Shown here: positions 59,844 to 64,000 of the stretch, piece by piece
How the letters are laid out: the number at the start of each line of letters is the position of its first letter
How positions within the stretch are numbered: position 1 is the stretch's first letter
Origin: a virus
Virus record (IMG/VR): IMGVR_UViG_3300029922_000055
Span: 3,681-67,680 of that record
DNA length: 64,000 bases
Strand: one strand, 5' to 3'
Translations under genes and position numbers: made by a program
The notes under the pieces: model-generated
Database searches by the model: none
Told to the model about the DNA's origin: nothing
The model's input: only the letters and a program-made list of their open reading frames with translations

Positions 59844-60275
59844 TTACAAAAATCTATACAAAGGGTTTCCGGAAGCTGAGACAATATATACATTCTGCCC
59901 GTTAGAAAGAGGCTCATCCCAATTTACTCCAATATCATTTCCAAATAATGTAAAATATGGAGAACCAGTTGCTGAATTAGATATAGAATATGATATCAAA
60001 TCTCCAGGATGTAAATAAAATCTAACCGAAGAATAATATGAAGGAGAGTTTAAAGAAGTTCCTGAAGAAGTTCCCGAAGGAATACTTTGCAAATAACCTA
60101 CACCTAAACCATTTGAAACAGGTAATGGAGAAGCTGATGAAATATATTGCTGAACATCTTGAGAACCAAACACCGGCTTTACTACTTGACACTGTGCTGA
60201 TAATACACCAAATGTTTCAGATGCTATTAAAGCTACTTGATTATTTGCCGCATTTATAGAAACATTATCAGTCAT
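59844..60275 (-). CDS. Ser-rich hypothetical structural protein
   Basis: ORF track, AAGGA RBS. Confidence 0.6.
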   Translation of the reverse strand: MTDNVSINAANNQVALIASETFGVLSAQCQVVKPVFGSQDVQQYISSASPLPVSNGLGVGYLQSIPSGTSSGTSLNSPSYYSSVRFYLHPGDLISYSISNSATGSPYFTLFGNDIGVNWDEPLSNGQNVYIVSASGNPLYRFL

Positions 60276-60289
60276 TTTTTAAAAATCCT

Positions 60290-60490
60290 TTAAGAAATTA
60301 TTCCAGCACTAGTAGCGAAATTTATAATAGCAGCAGTTCCAAAAGGAGCCGTAATATCAAACGGAATATTCCCTTGTAAAATATTAAGATTTTTTGCAGC
60401 ATCTACATAAACAATATTATATCTAGATCCATCTACAGATATATTCACAATATTTACCGCAGATGTTTTAATAGTAGCTGATATATTCAT
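60290..60490 (-). CDS. Small hypothetical structural protein
   Basis: GAGG RBS. Late-promoter-like ATAAATA at 60509-60515. Confidence 0.55.
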   Translation of the reverse strand: MNISATIKTSAVNIVNISVDGSRYNIVYVDAAKNLNILQGNIPFDITAPFGTAAIINFATSAGIIS

Positions 60491-60540
60491 TTTAGCCTCT
60501 TTTCTAAATATTTATCTAAAACCTTTCGGAAAAGATTCTC

Positions 60541-60573
60541 AAAAAGAAAAGGCTCAACTTTCGAAGAGCCTTT
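60541..60573 (-). terminator. Rho-independent terminator
   Basis: AAAGGCTC/GAGCCTTT 8-bp stem followed by a T-rich run on the minus strand, downstream of 60598..61338. Confidence 0.65.
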
Positions 60574-60597
60574 CAAGAAAAAACCTAACAAACTTTC

Positions 60598-61338
60598 TTA
60601 AAACTTATACGGAATAATCTTCCAAAACTCTTCATCATTATCTTTCTTCTTCTCATCATAAAAATAAACTACATCACCTTTCAATTCTTTAACTCTTTTA
60701 GTGATAGCGGCGGGGGTCTTCAAATCCCTAGCATTAAACATAGCAGCCATTACATCCTCTCTATACTCCAAACCCTCTATGTCCCTCACACTCAGTTCAG
60801 TATCGCCTACAATCGCCTCTAAAACCTCTCCATCGTCTTCTTTCTTGATAATACCTAGCAAAATTTTCTTTGGCTTCCTACCAACCTTCTTCTCAAGCTC
60901 TTTCAAATCCTTCTCAGTCTCTTTTTCTAACTCTTCATCATCCTTAGCATTCTCTTTAGCCTTCTTAGCAATCTTATCATCATCTTCAGAATCTTCACCA
61001 TGCTCATCTTCAAAAGCCTTTCTCTTATCACTTTCTAAAGATGCTGTCAAATATGATTCAACTTCCTTATGCTTTATTCCAGATTCATCTAAAATCTTCC
61101 TAACTTCTTCTACCTGTTCTTTTGTCAAGTATGATGGTTCCTTCGCAAAATTTTCTATCAAATCTTCTAAAACTTTCAAAATCTTTTCCGCAAACTCTTT
61201 TACCAAATCTTCTTTATCATCTTTGTCTTCAGTTTTTTCAATAGATTTTTGAGCAGTGTTTAGAATACTGGTCAATTCTTTTACATTAACATTTGCAGAC
61301 TCTTTTAAGAGAAATTTTTCGAAAGATAACTTAGACAT
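60598..61338 (-). CDS. Highly charged hypothetical protein with capsid-targeting-like N-terminus
   Basis: MSKLSFEKFLLKE. E/K/D-rich. ATAAATA at 61361-61367. Confidence 0.65.
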   Translation of the reverse strand: MSKLSFEKFLLKESANVNVKELTSILNTAQKSIEKTEDKDDKEDLVKEFAEKILKVLEDLIENFAKEPSYLTKEQVEEVRKILDESGIKHKEVESYLTASLESDKRKAFEDEHGEDSEDDDKIAKKAKENAKDDEELEKETEKDLKELEKKVGRKPKKILLGIIKKEDDGEVLEAIVGDTELSVRDIEGLEYREDVMAAMFNARDLKTPAAITKRVKELKGDVVYFYDEKKKDNDEEFWKIIPYKF

Positions 61339-61366
61339 ATTTTTATACCTACTTTTTAATTATTTA

Positions 61367-62263
61367 TTAGAGTTCTTCTTGGAAATCTTCTGAGTCTTGT
61401 TGGTCTATGGTTTCTTGGATGTTTTCGGTATCATTTGAGAGAGCAGGATAGAATAATTTTCTTAAAACTTTTCCTTCAATCCCATCATGCTCTTTTTTAA
61501 TTCCTAACAAAGTAGCTATTTCAAGTAACTTCGGAGACTGTTCTATTAAAGACCAAACTATTTTATCTGACTTTGAATCATTTTCTCTTGCAGGAAGCCA
61601 CCGCAAATTTTCAGAAATATTTGATAAATATATATGCTCATGTAAATCTAAATTAAACACAATCATAGGAATAATATGGTCTAAATGCCAATCTTTTCCT
61701 AAACCAGGACGAATTCCTATATTTTCATAAATTGCATTAAAATCTATTCCATATTGCATACAACTTTTTGTTTTACCATTTGTTGAAAATTCTTTTATAC
61801 CATCCGTAATGCGTTTTCTTAAATTCTTTTCAAATTGTAAATATGGACTATTTGCCATTCTATTTTTAGAATATTCATATATCTTTTTTGATAAACTTTC
61901 CTTGTTCTTTTTTCTCCAGGCATCGTTTATTATTTTAAGTCTATCTCTATTTTCTATATGATATTGTTTTTGATATGCTACATGTTTATCTTTATTATTT
62001 TCTTGCCATTCTTTTCTTTTAGCAACATACTTCTCTGGATTTTTTGCTTCGGCGTTCTTTTTCGAAATTTTAATTTTATCTTTATTATTTTCTCTATATA
62101 TTTTTGCCTTAATTCTTCTAGGCTCAAATGTTCTTGCGGTATATATTTTATGCGCTTCTTTCTCACACTGTCTACAAGTATTATGTAAACCATCTTTATA
62201 ATTTTTATTCTTACAAAAATTTGATTCATCTTTCCATTCATGGCAATGTCCACATCTTTTCAT
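61367..62263 (-). CDS. Free-standing HNH homing endonuclease
   Basis: Start revised to MKRCGHC (AGGAG RBS). CxxC/CxxC finger, basic helical linker, WHLDHIIP...NLRWL.A.EN.SK. Confidence 0.85.
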   Translation of the reverse strand: MKRCGHCHEWKDESNFCKNKNYKDGLHNTCRQCEKEAHKIYTARTFEPRRIKAKIYRENNKDKIKISKKNAEAKNPEKYVAKRKEWQENNKDKHVAYQKQYHIENRDRLKIINDAWRKKNKESLSKKIYEYSKNRMANSPYLQFEKNLRKRITDGIKEFSTNGKTKSCMQYGIDFNAIYENIGIRPGLGKDWHLDHIIPMIVFNLDLHEHIYLSNISENLRWLPARENDSKSDKIVWSLIEQSPKLLEIATLLGIKKEHDGIEGKVLRKLFYPALSNDTENIQETIDQQDSEDFQEEL

Positions 62264-62272
62264 CTTAAAGAT

Positions 62273-62322
62273 TCTCCTAAAGGTTGGTTTGTTTTGGGAG
62301 AAACAAACCAACCTTTAGGAGA
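62273..62322 (-). promoter_or_regulatory. Perfect 22-bp hairpin sequestering the HNH gene ribosome-binding site
   Basis: TCTCCTAAAGGTTGGTTTGTTT, 6-nt loop, AAACAAACCAACCTTTAGGAGA. Confidence 0.85.
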
Positions 62323-62379
62323 TTTGTCTATAATTATTTAGTCAATTGATTAGTAAATTTTAAGAAATATATTCGAAAA

Positions 62380-63126
62380 TTATCCTACAAAAAATTCTGG
62401 TGCGCGAGATTCTAAAACAATCGCTTGCATGGCCGCATCATATTCCTTCTCACCTCTATCCATGTATGCCTGCCAATTAAGTGAACCACCGCCCGGAAGG
62501 TTTATTGAGTATTTCGCGAGTATGCTTGACCATAATATTTTACAACTAGCAACTGCTAATTTTTTCAAAAGTATGTTATTATATAAATCGGTTGCGTTTT
62601 CATTTCTCCAAATCGTTAACATAGATGGATGAGATATTTCGGGCGTTGGAAATATTCTAAGAATTTTTGTATTATTAGAATACTGACAATAATAATTTCT
62701 CAAAAAAGTTCCATTGATCTCGCTTAAATACATCATATTTTCAGTATAACTACCGATGGCATAAGCTCCGCCCATATTAGCTTCATACCCATTGCCATTA
62801 CCTATAATTCCACCATTATAAAAATTACTATACATTTGTTCATGTAACGGTGTAAAGAGCTTATTTATGTCATTATCTCCATTTGGACCATCTATAGATA
62901 TTACATTTGCCACACTAGAATCTAATTGATATGCGCTAACTCCAGAAATTACATTTATTGTATAAACATCTCTATATGTTGCGTCGCCGTATGTATAGCG
63001 TAGGAAAGTATCGGTCGCGTCAGAAACCTCCTGAATAATTTGTGTTGAATCCAATTCTATATTCAAAATTGGCGCACCTAACTTTAAGCGAATATAATTT
63101 TCAAAATCTTGAATGTTGTTTATCAT
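62380..63126 (-). CDS. gp13: Neck protein gp13
   Basis: YIRLKLGAPILNIEL...QI and KY...LPGG..LN......G..E.......P.FFVG. Confidence 0.92.
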   Translation of the reverse strand: MINNIQDFENYIRLKLGAPILNIELDSTQIIQEVSDATDTFLRYTYGDATYRDVYTINVISGVSAYQLDSSVANVISIDGPNGDNDINKLFTPLHEQMYSNFYNGGIIGNGNGYEANMGGAYAIGSYTENMMYLSEINGTFLRNYYCQYSNNTKILRIFPTPEISHPSMLTIWRNENATDLYNNILLKKLAVASCKILWSSILAKYSINLPGGGSLNWQAYMDRGEKEYDAAMQAIVLESRAPEFFVG

Positions 63127-63147
63127 TTATTTCCGCCTATTTTTCCG

Positions 63148-63204
63148 AAAAACTTCTCAAAAACCTTCTCAAAAACCTTCTCAAAATACTCTCTAAAAAT
63201 CCTC
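63148..63204. repeat. Degenerate tandem repeat AAAAACCTTCTC (about 5 units, 10-12 bp period)
   Basis: Seen directly between the TATAAATA at 63230-63237 and the gp13 start. Confidence 0.7.
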
Positions 63205-63277
63205 AAACAAACTAAAACTATTCCGAAAGTATTTATAAAAAGTCCCCAAAAGCTACTAAACAAATCCAACCAAAAGC

Positions 63278-63862
63278 TTATCCAAAAATTTCCGACAAAT
63301 CTTTCCCAGAAATCACGATCCCTCTTTCAACATCTTTCCGAAAATGTTCTACGTCAGGGTATAGCTCAAACGAGTCCCCATTAAAGAAATAGCTATAGCA
63401 AATGTTCCCTTTATTTTCTCCAAGGTTCAGAACAATTTTAAAAACGATATCCTTACTTTTCGAAAAATTCCCACCAAATTTCCCCGCAAGTTTCCCACCA
63501 AATTTCCCCAAAGCTTTTTTCAAATCGTTTTCGGAAAGTTTATAGTAAAGTTTTACAATGTCCGACCTAGGATGAAAAGATTTATCAAGAACTTCCGACA
63601 CATCTTTATTTTTCATTACTACTCTAGTTTCTTCTTTTACAATTTTCCCTGGAATTTCTTCGGAAAATATTACGGAAACTTTTTTAATAGGCTTTTCGGA
63701 AACGTCTTCTAAAAGATCTGCCAAAAATTCTTGATAGTCTTTTTGCATGTGTTTAGAGATTTCTATTGCTGCGAGTTGTTTAAGGGCTTTCTTTTTTGTT
63801 AGTGGTTTTTTTGTGGTTGTGTTATGAACATGAAAACCGCCTGGAACTTTTTCTATAGGCAT
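63278..63862 (-). CDS. Hypothetical protein
   Basis: ORF track. AAGGA RBS. Confidence 0.65.
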   Translation of the reverse strand: MPIEKVPGGFHVHNTTTKKPLTKKKALKQLAAIEISKHMQKDYQEFLADLLEDVSEKPIKKVSVIFSEEIPGKIVKEETRVVMKNKDVSEVLDKSFHPRSDIVKLYYKLSENDLKKALGKFGGKLAGKFGGNFSKSKDIVFKIVLNLGENKGNICYSYFFNGDSFELYPDVEHFRKDVERGIVISGKDLSEIFG

Positions 63863-63864
63863 TT

Positions 63865-63999
63865 TTATTTTCCTTCTAGTAATTGGACGATTTGTTCTTT
63901 ATGTTTTAAGTCAGATTCTTGAATAGCTTTTATTAAAGTTTTAGTTCCCCAATGTTGATGTATCATGAATTCTATTAGTTCTAGTTTTCTTTCTGGTTT
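63865..63999 (-). CDS. 3' end of a CDS truncated by the window edge
   Basis: Open frame KPERKLELIEF...LLEGK* ends 2 nt before the next ATG. Confidence 0.5.
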   Translation of the reverse strand, partial: KPERKLELIEFMIHQHWGTKTLIKAIQESDLKHKEQIVQLLEGK

Positions 64000-64000
64000 G

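Noticed and set aside
198-63384. Numerous plus-strand ORFs of 60-180 aa in the ORF track
   Set aside because: They are antisense shadows of well-supported minus-strand genes and lack RBS or promoters. Only 45244..45594 and 49708..51084 are supported.
1-64000. Alternative genetic code (stop-codon reassignment)
   Set aside because: Known genes are full length in the standard code, and TAA, TAG and TGA all terminate tightly packed genes.

Overview
This is a 64 kb, AT-rich segment of a large T4-like (myovirus-type) phage genome, read almost entirely on the minus strand in the standard genetic code. In transcription order (right to left) it carries the neck, tail and baseplate morphogenesis module: gp13, gp14, gp15, a long tail fibre, TerS, TerL, sheath, tube, gp26/gp51, two tape-measure-like paralogs (one with a GH108 muramidase), gp48, gp53, hub, gp5, gp25, gp6, an SGNH esterase, a 2198-aa adhesin-like protein, a second fibre and gp3. 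Then come regA, lysis-type membrane genes split by a TnpB, phoH, an NAD-dependent ligase, and a methyltransferase plus PD-(D/E)xK nuclease pair. No portal or capsid genes, tRNAs or CRISPR arrays were recognised. Four free-standing homing endonucleases are interspersed. The most unusual observations are: (1) an array of 8-10 overlapping, highly diverged paralogous micro-ORFs (3103-4835) sharing a DFxKxFLxxDxxN motif, half of them missed by the ORF track; (2) genes between terS and terL with T4-type capsid-targeting N-termini, including two kinase-fold paralogs; (3) a tail-to-tail inverted paralog pair, apparently under early versus late control; (4) two GT2 glycosyltransferases embedded among Ser/Thr-rich virion genes; (5) a stand-alone TnpB lacking a left end; (6) a likely gp26/gp51 frameshift; (7) structured leaders on homing endonuclease genes, with recoded GC-rich patches in their neighbours. 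All family assignments come from motif recognition and synteny by eye, not from database searches.
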